Shown: positions 12,901 to 23,052 of the stretch, piece by piece
Layout of the letters: the number at the start of each line of letters is the position of its first letter
Numbering within the stretch: the first letter of the stretch is position 1
Assembly: GCF_009834535.1 (NCBI RefSeq)
Contig: NC_045697.1
Coordinates: forward strand, 93,064,001-93,128,000
Origin: Camelus ferus
Taxonomy: Eukaryota
Reading direction: 5' to 3'
DNA: 64,000 nucleotides
Translations under genes and position numbers: made by a program
The notes under the pieces: generated by a model
Databases searched by the model: none
The model's input: the letters and a program-made list of their open reading frames with translations, nothing else
What the model was told of the DNA's origin: nothing

Positions 12901-13430
12901 TTCTCAGTTCTGTCTGTGCCTAAGATCAGCAATTGTCGCAGAGGAAAAAGCAGTTGCAACTTGCTGCTGTGAAGTCATCATTCCCTCGAGGGCTATCAGC
13001 TCTTACTTGTTTGCCTGCTCTTTCTCCTTCTTGGGGCTCTTTTTCTCCTAGAAGCCACAAGATTCTGGGAATTTCTATTCTGTTTTATTATTTCAAACTC
13101 CTGAACCTTTCAACTTTGAAATATTGAAAATGTCTCTAGAAAACAATCATCCGTGTATTCTAGGGTCCTAATGTCTCCAATTTTATTATTCTAGCCTCAT
13201 GTGACTGCTAAAATCTCTGCTGATTTCTCTGTCTCTTCAGCAGCACTCTGCCTAGGTCTAGCTCACTTTCTTACATCTAGCCTTTGTTCAAAATGGACAA
13301 ATGCCTTTGTAATTCTCTACCAATAAGAAAGATTTTTTTTCTTCAGTGGAATTTGAATCCATCTAGATCTTCCTAAAGCATTTAAATTTGTGACTTTGTA
13401 ATTTATCTGGCTTTTGTAGACATAAGCTAT
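9940..13430 (-). mobile_element. Stack of antisense L1 fragments (old 3' end; ORF1/5'UTR pieces) with a nested LTR
   Basis: Antisense L1 3'UTR/ORF2 tail at 9940-10745; T-rich ORF1 and GC-rich 5'UTR at 10750-12330. Confidence 0.8.
10915..11486 (+). mobile_element. ERV1-like solo LTR nested in L1
   Basis: TATAAAA near 11311, AATAAA near 11397, ends ggcaaca; L1 sequence resumes afterwards. Confidence 0.7.
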
Positions 13431-13441
13431 CAGGAAGAAGT

Positions 13442-13681
13442 GTTTTTCTATTGAAGTATAGTTGATTTACAATGTTGTGTTAATTTCTGGTGTACAGTAC
13501 AGTGATTCACATATATATATATGTGAATCACTTATATATATATATATTTGGGAGCTTGGAATTTGCAGATACTAACTACTATATATAAAACAGATAAATA
13601 ACAAGGTCCTACCGTATAGCACAGGGAACCATATATATATTCAATACCTTGTAATGGCCTATAATGCAAAAGAATATGAAT
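13442..13681 (-). mobile_element. Short 5'-inverted (twin-primed) L1 3'-end insertion
   Basis: Antisense L1 tail followed by a sense L1 3'UTR piece; TSD AGGAAGAAGT at 13432-13441 and 13682-13691. Confidence 0.8.
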
Positions 13682-13785
13682 AGGAAGAAGTCTTAATACA
13701 AGCTATACTAAAGCTAGATCATAACCATAGAAACAAAAACACACAAAAATTGAGTAATGAATTTAAGGTTAAAGGCAAAATTTAC

Positions 13786-13947
13786 AATTTAATTTTGAAG
13801 TAAGATGTTCTTCAATCTGAGACTTCCGTTAACTTTTGACCATGGCTTGCAAATATCTTACAAATTCCACTTCAGTGATCAGAAATCACAGTGTCATTAA
13901 ATCATAGATTTTAAAATGTTGGGAGGTAAATTAAAAAAATAGTGTTG
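13786..13947 (-). pseudogene. SEA N-terminal-half pseudo-exon
   Basis: Acceptor actttatttag|13947. One frame reads YDLMTL*FLITEVEFVRYLQAMVKS*RKSQIEEHLTSKLN, followed by gtaaat. Parallels MUC16-type TLNFTITNLQY..D. Confidence 0.52.
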
Positions 13948-13983
13948 CTAAATAAAGTTTGAAATAAATGGCTAAGCTTTGGA

Positions 13984-14275
13984 CCTCAGTTATTTGAAGT
14001 TTATAGACTGATTATAATGTTCAAGAATTACATTTATTTTAAAAATAGAAATAGAATGTGAATTTAAGACAAGGCTATTGATTTTTGACTGTAGTAACAA
14101 ATCAATGTTTCTTGTCGAAATTTTGAGAGAGAAAGTGGCAACTTTAATTACTGGGGACAAGGAAGGCATGCTGTATGTGTTCTTATTTATATCTTTACAC
14201 TTGCTTTAAGATCCAGTTACTCTCATCATGATTTTATATATCAAGGAATAGACTTGAAAGGGATTACACAGCTTT
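13984..14275 (-). pseudogene. SEA-like pseudo-exon
   Basis: Acceptor aacttgtag|14275 closes a 111-nt intron. Reads SCVIPFK, then a long open frame SKCKDINKNTYSMPSLSPVIKVATFSLKISTRNIDLLLQSKINSLVLN. Confidence 0.35.
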
Positions 14276-14386
14276 CTACAAGTTTATATAGTTTGTGAGT
14301 ATCAGGATAATTTTAAAACAGATTTTAGAAGTAATTTTTAACAACGTTTTAAACCTTAGACATAGAGATACTAGACAAAGGCATAC

Positions 14387-15356
14387 TTTTCTCTAATGAT
14401 TATGATGTTGCTGTCTATGTAAAGCTATCCAATATCAACTCTCTTCCTCAATCATCTATTTTTATAACTATATTTATGCAAAACCTGAGGAATTCCAGTG
14501 AAATTTTCATTTGGTAAAAAATCCAGTTCTCTGGACCGTTTTTGCCAACAGTTCACTTCATTTTCCTCCTTTTTTTTTAAAGCTGGAAACCAAGGAGTAT
14601 CTGTTAAAATGCTTTTAGCTACAATAACAAGCAAATAAGCTAAAACAATGAATTAATATATTATTTTATGTAATACCAAGTCCAGAGGTGGCACGTATTC
14701 AGCATTAATTGACTAACCAACTCAGTGTTGCCATTGTGTTCTCTCTTCAGCCTGACATAACGATTATCTGCTTCAGCCTGTCTATTTCTCTTAACTGGTA
14801 TGAAAGAGCCAACATTCACAGCTGTGACGTGTGTTTACTCGCTCACGTCAGTAGCAGTCTTTATTTCACAGTCTGGAATGAAACTCTTACCCATCAATAT
14901 TATTGAGCCAACTTAGGTTAATATTCTTTTTTTTTTTTTTTTAATCCCCAAACAGCTGTGAGCTGTTTGATGTACTATGGATTTCTAACTCAAGTAGCAG
15001 GTGTAACAGGGTTATCACATTTACCTTAAAAAATCAGAGTTCCATCTGAAGCTAGTAATAGGTTTGGCTTTCTTTTCTGTTTTCTTCCAGAGTTATTGAA
15101 ATATTATTGACATACTGGCAAAGAAACTTTGAAATGCAAAATCTTAAAGTCTCTGACAGAAGTGTGGGCTGGTTCTGACGAGCAGAATGTTACTGAAAGC
15201 AAAGAAACTCTTACTCTTTTCCTTAAAATGGGAGAAACAATAGCCACCATATTCATTATTAAGTGCTATTAATCTCCTTTCAGTTTAATCTCAACCCTAT
15301 TCCCAAATATTCCATAAACTGGAGACTAAATTTTGAAATTAACCACTGCTGCTAGT
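14387..15356 (-). pseudogene. SEA pseudo-exon split by a MaLR LTR (halves 15356-15250 and 14601-14387)
   Basis: Strong acceptor tttatttctttatgattctag|15356. Reads AVVNFKI / SLQFMEYLG. After removing the LTR it continues LNNEYSLVSSFKK ... ELDFLPNENFTGIPQVLHKY ... VDIG*LYIDSNIIIIRE, then gtatgc. Confidence 0.55.
14602..15249. mobile_element. MaLR (MLT1-type) LTR
   Basis: tgttaaaatgcttttagctacaataacaag ... aatagccacca, TG...CA ends; highly diverged. Confidence 0.65.
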
Positions 15357-15479
15357 CTAGAATCATAAAGAAATAAAAAGGAAGGTAAAATGTAGATAGA
15401 CAGAGATTGATCCATCATGAAAAAATACACATATTTATAATGACTGTGTCAAAGATCATGAGGTCAGAATTTGTTACCA

Positions 15480-17500
15480 TAACTTCCTTCTTCCCCAAGA
15501 AAATCCCGTATTTTCTCTGTTCTCATCCAGTACCTGAACTGGTCAGGATATTTTGTTAAATAAAGTAGCCAAAGTTTTATTCCCAAGTGGTCTGAGTTTC
15601 AAAGCATTTCTGCTGTGTTGCGTTGCACTGTTCTTCCTTTCACATATACTGTTGACCATGAGAGTACTAAGAGAAGCCTAGAAAACTCCGAGTTTCAGAC
15701 AGAGTTCTCCCTGCTCCCACTGCTGTGTCAGCAGCCCAACAAGACTCCATTGACACTGGAATTGTTCATCCCATCTAGTACAGTTATCTACTTCCTTGCT
15801 TATGGGCTCTGTGGTATAAGAAGCCTCAAATTATAATGTCCCAGTGCTTGGAAACTTTGTTTCCCCTAGAAAAAGCATTCCTTTCTCGGAAATCTAGATT
15901 ACACACCAGTCAATGACAACCACAAATGGCCTGTTACAAAGCAGAAGCTAGGCTCCTGACAACTGGGAAAGGGACAGGGACAGGAAGCTTTTTCTCAGAG
16001 GAGAATAATTATCCAGAAAAGAAAGCATTGCTTTACCCCAAAACTCTAAAGGTTCCACTATAATTCTTTAAATGGAGCTTGGGAATCACTTTATACATTA
16101 TCCTCTTTTACAACAGACACTCCAGGTATCACTGGTTCTACTCAGTCATAAGGCTAATTAGAAGAGAAGTCTGGACATGGCGCACAGCATTCTTTTGCTT
16201 TAGGCTTCACTGAAAAATGGATCTTATCAGCTCTTCAGTACATAGGTCAGAGAAATACACCAAATGTTGCATAGAGGGTCCCCATATTCGATATACTCAT
16301 CATGCATTTGGCCCATTTTTTGGTTGTAAGAATTTCAAAACACAGAAACATGTTTTTTACTTTAGAGCAGATATTCTGACACGCCACAGACCACTGAACC
16401 CCGGAACACTTTATTAGCATTGAAGGCTTTAGTAATTTCATAGGTTTATCTCCCAGCTTACTGCATGCACATGTCTTATTAAGAGATCTTTGAATTTGTT
16501 AATTCCTCACCATCAGTTCCACATTATGTCCTCAGTGAAGTGAACCACAGTAAAAGTTTATTGGATGTCAGGGAGACTACATTATGGCAAGAAGCAAGAG
16601 TGTCGACCTAGCTCTTATAAAAAGAAGTGAAGTTATATTTTTGTCTCGGCTAGTAGAGGCAAATTACTTCTGGTGTCTTCTAACTAGGTATTGAAAAATG
16701 TGACCAGGTTCCTGGCACTACGATGAATGACACTTGCAATTGGAGACAGTACTGGATTAAGTTTATCACAATCGATAGTCATTATCCGTGATTCATCAAC
16801 TTCTGTCCAAGGTAAAGATGCAAAAAAAGGGTGCAGGGGTTCTCCTTGGCATTTTTAAGTCTTTGATATTGGCAATGATCTGTGAAAACTCCACAAAAAT
16901 AATGTATTATGTATTGTTTTCCTTTCTGGTAGGGAGAAATTCCTGAGATTTCCATTTGGCCCTTACTCAGGTCATAGTCTCAAACCATGGATTAAGGGTA
17001 TAATGTAGAGATTCTACCAGTTGCTAGGTAGGTCTATGGAAATTATACAATCAAGAACTGGGAAAGTAATAGAATTTGTTTGTAGGACTTCCTGGACATG
17101 ATGTGAGGCAACTCACACCAAACTCCTGAACTCTAGAGGATCCCACTAAAAGAGTGAACCACAATGGAGTTTTAGGACCTATGATTTAGTGTAAGTTATT
17201 GAAAAGCCAGAGTATTTTCCTTTCCTCTATACACAATCCTCTTAGGAAATGACCAAGGGTCCCTTTAACAGAAGCTTACAGTAGGTTGAAGAAGAGGATG
17301 CCACCATTTAGTCACTGCCCAAAGAAGGAAAATGAGAGAGAAAGAGGAAGAACTACAGTGTCTCCTCTCCTCCTACCTCTGATCTCCGTGTGCCCTCTAC
17401 TGGCAAAAGTTAGCAGCTAGGCCAGGTAGCAAAGGGGCTTCAGAATTGTGGAGCAGAGCATAGATAGACGGCTGAGACTGAGAGATAATTCAAAAATAAC
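15480..17500 (-). mobile_element. ERV-L internal (pro-pol) remnant with adjoining LTR-like sequence
   Basis: ORF 16247-16441 KCSGVQWSVACQNICSKVKNMFLCFEILTTKKWAK matches ERV-L RT (KFLGVQW.GACRDIPSKVKDKLL.LAPPTTKKEAQ). Confidence 0.88.
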
Positions 17501-17639
17501 CAACAAAGTCTAGCAATCTCTTTCATTTGGAAAATTAATAGCACAAAATGTAATTATATAACTGGAAATAAATTTAATTTTTCTCTACATATTGATATCT
17601 GCATTCATATCATTTACTTGTGTAAGATACAGCCTACAT

Positions 17640-18166
17640 GATCCAGGTATAAATTGCTGTGTAACAAACCACTGAAACCTTAGCGGCATAGAGTAACGAT
17701 CAATTACTGTTGCTTACTGACCGATGAGTAAACTATATTGTGTTTTAGAGTTTTGTCTGGGCTTACTCAGGTGCCTTTGATGAGCTGGAGATTGAGCAGT
17801 TAGCTCTGAAGATATTGGCTGGGTCTGATATCGGGGGCCACAGGGACACTTGGACTTTCTCCCGCAAGTCTCTTACTGTTCACTGAGCTCCCTCAGGCTT
17901 TGCATGGGAATAGCTGATTTCTAAGAGTGTGAATCAGAGCGTGCAAGGTTCCATGATGTCTAGGCTTGAAACTGACAAAGCATCCCTTACTTTGCTTTCT
18001 CTTGGTCAAACCCTAACCCTAATTTGTGAGAGACCATGAACCATAACCATGCAGTTAAACTGTTCACAGATTCCTGAATCTCAGGAAATATGTAACATAA
18101 TCTGTGTTATTATAAGTTGCTAAATTTGGGGGTAATTTGTTACACAGTAATAAGTAAATAATACAG
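17640..18166. mobile_element. MLT1 LTR fragments
   Basis: attgctgtgtaacaaaccac and ggtaatttgttacacagtaataagtaaataataca are MaLR termini. Confidence 0.75.
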
Positions 18167-18409
18167 GTGTGAATACAGAGAAGATGGGTATTTTTGGCAA
18201 ATAATCTACTACATAGAACTTTGAGAAAGCTAGTTCAATTTGTGAAATGTATTCGGGTTTTATTATCTCATTTTATAATGCACAAATTATCCACAAGGAT
18301 TAGACCTCTAAATTCTTCTAAATGTAATTTCTTTACTGCATCACATCTTAACTTCCTTAGATGCTTTATCCAAAGCAATAAAAAAGAAAACATTAAGAAA
18401 AAAATATTC

Positions 18410-18751
18410 ATTTCGTATCAATGAAGAAAGTATTTTATATAAGAAATGTTCAATATATTCGTATAAGTAGTGATTTTTACTGCAGAATTTTCTTTTACAG
18501 AGAAAATTAAGAAACAATCATGGTGACTTTAGACCTCCTTAATGCTGGTAATATGCCTTCATCCTCTGAAGACAGAATTAATTTGGGAAAAGAATCAAAA
18601 TCACTGCCATTCACTCCCAAGATTTTCATTAAAATTTTTCTGGTGTCATTTGTAAAATGATTTTCATGATCATATTTAAGAAAAATCTATCCATGATTTC
18701 CTCACTCTCTAAAATATTGGAGTCAGAGCATAATCTATCCATGATAATACT
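18410..18751 (-). pseudogene. SEA-like pseudo-exon
   Basis: Candidate acceptor tgttgttttccag|18751. Reads MKIILQMT / KNFNENLG / VNGSDFDSFPKLILSSEDEGILPALRRS / LIFSVKENSAVKIT. ILPALRRS echoes ILPFLRRL in the block near 9.5 kb. Confidence 0.45.
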
Positions 18752-18930
18752 CTGGAAAACAACATTTTTTTGTTATTGAAGTTGTTGCATATCTTGAAAC
18801 TTAAATCATCCTCCTCTCTTTACATACAGTGGTTTTCAAATAAATCCTTGGAAGACTCTCCCTGTTTTTTTGTTTTGTTTTGTTTCTCAAGAAATTCTCT
18901 CTTGATCTTACATCCCTCTCCATCTCTCTC

Positions 18931-19066
18931 TTTTTTAATTTATGTATCCTTTTGGTGGGGGGAGGTGATTTGGTTTATTTATTCCGAGAGGCGGTACTGG
19001 GGATTGAACCCAGGGCCTCAAGTGTTCTAAGCATGCACTCCACCACTTGAGCTATACCCTCCCCCC
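18931..19066 (-). mobile_element. tRNA-derived SINE (camelid Vic-like), near full length
   Basis: Reverse-complement head gggagggtatagctcaagtggtggag (A box) and ggttcaatcccc (B box), with an A-rich tail. Confidence 0.85.
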
Positions 19067-19356
19067 TTCTCCCTCTGTTTAAACTAAAATGTCTCCAAAC
19101 TTTGAGTTATCACTTAGGGACACTGAAGCAATCTCAAAACAAATGCCCTGAGGTTTTTTGTTTGTTTGTTTGTTTGTTTGTTTGTTTGTTTTTATGCTTA
19201 AAATGTATATTTGAGCACTTTAAAAACTGAATGCACTACAGGATATTACAGGACATTCTGCCCCATACCACTCTCCTCCTCCTGCCCAACTTCTCCCCTC
19301 AAAACACACACACACACACACACAGAAAGAAAACTCCACAAATATTTGTTTTTCAC

Positions 19357-19531
19357 TATGAACTAATCACTGATTCCAGTTGCCACAAGTGTAAGGCAGT
19401 ACACTCTGTGGAGCTACACTCCGTGAAGCAAAGCTCATGTACAGAGCACTGACTGTTTTCACTACTGCTAATTCCAGTATTTGTACCAGAGAGATAAACT
19501 GAACCATTTAATGGAGGCATAATGCCACAAC
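19357..19531 (-). pseudogene. Sushi/CCP-domain exon remnant
   Basis: aaacttag|GT TGT GGC gives a phase-1 start. The open frame GCGIMPPLNGSVYLSGTNTGISSSENSQCSVHELCFTECSSTECTALHLWQLESVISS fits C..P..P.NG....G....C....C....W......C, with the last Cys as AGT (one change from TGT). 175 nt is a typical sushi exon size. Confidence 0.62.
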
Positions 19532-19619
19532 CTAAGTTTACAAGTAAACACAATTTGAATCAGGCTCTGTGAATCTTAGACCAACACTATTTTTCCTAAA
19601 AAACCTCCAGTGAAGTTCT

Positions 19620-19900
19620 AGATAGCAGGTCCACCCGTCTTCATCTTATTTCTTATTATCAATATTTGCCAATGCAAGTGTCACAAAAGCTCAGTGAAGC
19701 AAATTGACTTCTCGGCTTTTGCCTCTTTTCCCTACAGAGTGGAACACTGGAAACAGCCCCCGAGTCTTGTTCTGTTCCTATACCTCTGCCTGTAATCCTT
19801 GTTGGCAGGCAGCAATGCAGCTCTCCCTAGATCACATCCACCTGCTTCCATCCCAAACACAACCTGCTAACAGCATTCCCCACAAACAGAATAGATTGTG
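19620..19900 (-). pseudogene. Possible SRCR-like exon remnant
   Basis: Frame-mixed pieces LFVGNAVSRLC / WDGSRW / IAACQQG / FHSVGKEAKAEK / EDGWTC loosely follow the SRCR order (G.VC.D.W...A.VAC.QLG...C.G.E...EDAGV.C). Confidence 0.28.
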
Positions 19901-20085
19901 GGACTCTGTAAGGTTTTAACTAAGGCATGTCTGTGAAGCAGTGATTCACTTTGGCAGCTGAGGGCCAAACCTTCAATTTTGTTGTTCATTTCCCCAAAGA
20001 TAGGAATATTGAGTCACACAACAAAATTCAATATTTACATGTAATCAGTCACTTAAACTTATATGTGACATATACATGTGTCCAT

Positions 20086-20698
20086 GTAATTAATCAATAA
20101 CCAGTCTATAGTAAGAATAGAGGAGAGTTTTACTTGAGCCAAACTTAGAACTATAGCCAAGAGACACAAACCGTGAAGCACTTGAATTGCTTTCCTCCGG
20201 ACTACAAAAATGCGGGAGGCTGAGAAAGGCAAATACCTCAAGGTTATATAAGTTGTTTGTTGAGAATTAAGATTAGAGCTAGCAAGCAGTAAGGGTGCCT
20301 GTTAAGCAGAGATTAGTTGGGGTCCAGAATGGTTGCACAGTTACAAGGGACCTCAGGTGATGCTAGCAGATACTGTGTTGAGAATGGCTGGTGGTGTCCT
20401 TGGGTTTGATACTATTCAGAAAACTGAAGTTCTCAGCAATGCAGGCGAGTGTCTGAAAACACATCCACAATGGCTGATCTGGCTTTGTTTTGGATGCCTG
20501 AACCACAGTTACTCCATTTTGATTTTTAAATGCATTCTTTCTTTTAATAGAATGGAATGGAATGGTAAAGCAAAAGTACAATGCAAGCTTGATAGGCCAT
20601 AAGACAGGCAGTTCTAGTTAGTATAAAGCTCAGGCCAAATCATGTATAAGCCAGAAGGACTTCCCCATACCTCAAATAAGTGAACATTTCTTTCATCA
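20086..20698 (-). mobile_element. ERV1-like solo LTR
   Basis: Reverse complement starts tgatgaaagaaatgttcac; internal TATA; LTR-like length; left boundary approximate. Confidence 0.65.
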
Positions 20699-21301
20699 TG
20701 TGCATGTAATCTGTGAACAATAGAGTCATAATTTATTGCTATATTTTAAGGAAAATAAGTATTAGGTAAGATAAATGCAAAGGATATTAGAAAAAGGGGA
20801 GATATAAGGAAATATAGCTTCAGAAAACAAGTAAAGGGTTGAATGTAGAAGAATTACAAACAGGAGAATTACAGTAGAAAGATACAGTGACAAAGCAAGT
20901 GAAGATTATGAAAGAAGAATATATAGCAAATAATGGAGAGAAGGTAAAAGAACAATGAAAATCTGTGACAGATGAATGGAAAGGAACTCACTAGTTCTAA
21001 ATTATCAAAGCAGATTGCTCTTGGCATATCCTCCTTTAAAATTAAACAATATGTTTTAGTATAATTTCACACTGCATTTTCATAAATGAATTATCTAATT
21101 AACCTCTTCTCACAGCTCTTCAAATTGCTAATTCTTAAATCTTTAAGGCAGCGTTGGGCAAAGTGTGTTTTATAGAAATTTAGGTTTCCTCAGAAATGCT
21201 TCAATATCATAATGTTGATTCTAATTCAATTTAATTTGGAATATTTTAAAACATCAATAACAAACATGCATACTCAAATACATCATGTATAAACGTATAA
21301 C

Positions 21302-21627
21302 CCACTGGAGTCTTCAGGTTCTGCTGCTGGATTAACTGCTTGATGCTGTTTTGTTTTTGCTACAGGATTCAGGATAAAGTTTCTCCTGCCATTTCTCTTT
21401 AAATAAATTGTATTTTTAAAGCAGGAAACATAATGTTACAAACAAACATTTCCAGTTTGGTCCATCCAAGTGAATCAAGATTATCTCAGACTCCATGGAT
21501 TCAAAAAAAGAAGAACAAAAGAAAGAGAAGACCAATTCATTGGTTACATTAACATAGACTCTGCTGATTTTTAAAATATAAGATAATGTGTCCTCTACAG
21601 TCCCTGAATTTTCAAGGGAAGATTTCA
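21302..21627 (-). pseudogene. SEA-like pseudo-exon
   Basis: ttggttgtttttttaaag|21627, phase 1. A 70-codon open frame reads VKSSLENSGTVEDTLSYILKISRVYVNVTNELVFSFFCSSFFESMESEIILIHLDGP. Donor uncertain. Confidence 0.42.
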
Positions 21628-21910
21628 CTTTAAAAAAACAACCAAATATTAGCAGAGTTTTAAGTAATTAAATCTAAGGCAGTATTCAGCCCCAGAATAG
21701 GGATGTTGATGTTTTTCAACCTCTCTGTAAGGAAGGACGTTTCAGTTTTCCTCTCCATATTCATTTCAGTATCCAGAAAATAGAAAACTTATTTAAAAAT
21801 AAATAAATAGACAGATAAATAAATAAATAAACGAAAACAGCTCATCATTTTGCTTCCCCAAGGAAGCTACGAGTTAGACAGCAAATTAAGAGTGAGTGCA
21901 AGGTCCTTAC

Positions 21911-22166
21911 GGTTATTCCTTTCAACATGCAAAACGATTTTCCTTTTTGAAATGAATTTAGCTAATGTTCCTTTGAGATGATTCATAGTTCACAGACAGC
22001 TGTTTACCTTCAAGCCCACTTCAGATAATTTACCCTTCGCTCTGGTTGCATTTGAATTCTACATAAACATGCTCAGTAAATTCTCCTGGTACCACGTTAA
22101 AGGTTAGACTGTCTTTTGGCAATGGATTTCCAACCAGGTGGAGAACAGAAAAAGAAGTGGGAGAAA
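21911..22166 (-). pseudogene. Pseudo-exon, beta-rich extracellular module of unclear type
   Basis: tttgattttgctcttgcaag|22166 to 21911|gtaagg. Phase-1 frame reads SPTSFSVLHLVGNPLPKDSLTFNVVPGEFTEHVYVEFKCNQSEG*II*SGLEGKQLSVNY. Confidence 0.42.
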
Positions 22167-22962
22167 CTTGCAAGAGCAAAATCAAAGACACCAAATTTTA
22201 ATTGGCCTCCAGGTGTGGCTATTGTTATTGGCTATACTCTACTTAAGTGGTATAAATTATATATTATTCATATGTTTCTAAAGTTATGTAATTTTGCCTT
22301 TCTCTATTTTCTGTAATTTTCTAGAACGTCATTGATCTGTTAAAATATGAATGCAATATAAATAAGTAATTACTGATGTAATTCACATATTTAATTTTTT
22401 GATGTGGATAAAAATTTTTAAAAAAACGTTTTGAAGATTTTTTTTTTAAACCACAGAAATTATGACTATTTTTTTAAGGTCATACTAAAAAAAATTGTAG
22501 TGTAGAATATATTATGAAAGATATTCATTTTTTCCTCACAGTGGTAGATTAAATGTAATAGGTCATATATTACATTTTAGAAAACATTCCGAGTAAAAAA
22601 TATTCTATCCTCTCAACACTCTGTAGAATAGACGATACAAATTTCATTACCAATTTAGAATAAAAGACACTATGATGCTCAGAAGTTCTATGACTTGGCC
22701 TTTGTTACATGAGTCATAAAACTAAAACCAGAAACACACATATTTTGAAACTTTAAACCATACTGCTTTTATAAGATATTTTATTCTGCTTCAAATACCC
22801 AAGGGAAGGCACTTATTTTTTGTTTTATTTCCCCCTGGTCTAAAATTTATGTTTGCTTATTTTTAATTTCTACCCAAGATAAATGTTTGTAAAAAATGTC
22901 TTTCTCAAAGGATTTTTTTATTTGGTTTGCCAGAGTACTATCATTTGAGGATCTTAATTTAC

Positions 22963-23052
22963 CTTTTTTTCAAAAAAACACTCTGGTGGGATTGAGTTTT
23001 GGGTGTTTTGGAGGAGGTAGACGGGGGTAATTATCAAGTAAAGAAGACTCAT
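22963..23052 (-). pseudogene. Candidate first coding exon with weak signal-peptide-like start
   Basis: aaaATG (A at -3), then MSLLYLIITPVYLLQNTQNSIPPECFFEKK, then aag|gtaaat. Confidence 0.25.

Larger units (their letters stand above)
760..23052 (-). pseudogene. Degraded multi-exon pseudogene of a mucin-like modular extracellular protein (several SEA-like units, sushi/CCP, possible SRCR, FN3); probably continues left of the window
   Basis: More than ten minus-strand exon-like blocks, many with polypyrimidine-AG acceptors and GT donors. Short canonical introns lie at 14386-14276, 9356-9258 and 7953-7864. SEA-type motifs recur across blocks, and one block is a nearly intact sushi exon. Manual translation across frameshifts. 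Confidence 0.62.

Noticed and set aside
18990..19066. tRNA gene
   Set aside because: A/B-box head of a SINE with an A-rich tail; a second copy lies at position 1
760..23052. Naming the fossil gene MUC16, IMPG1/2 or UMODL1
   Set aside because: Similarity is only generic SEA/FN3 pattern, and the domain order matches none of them as I know them
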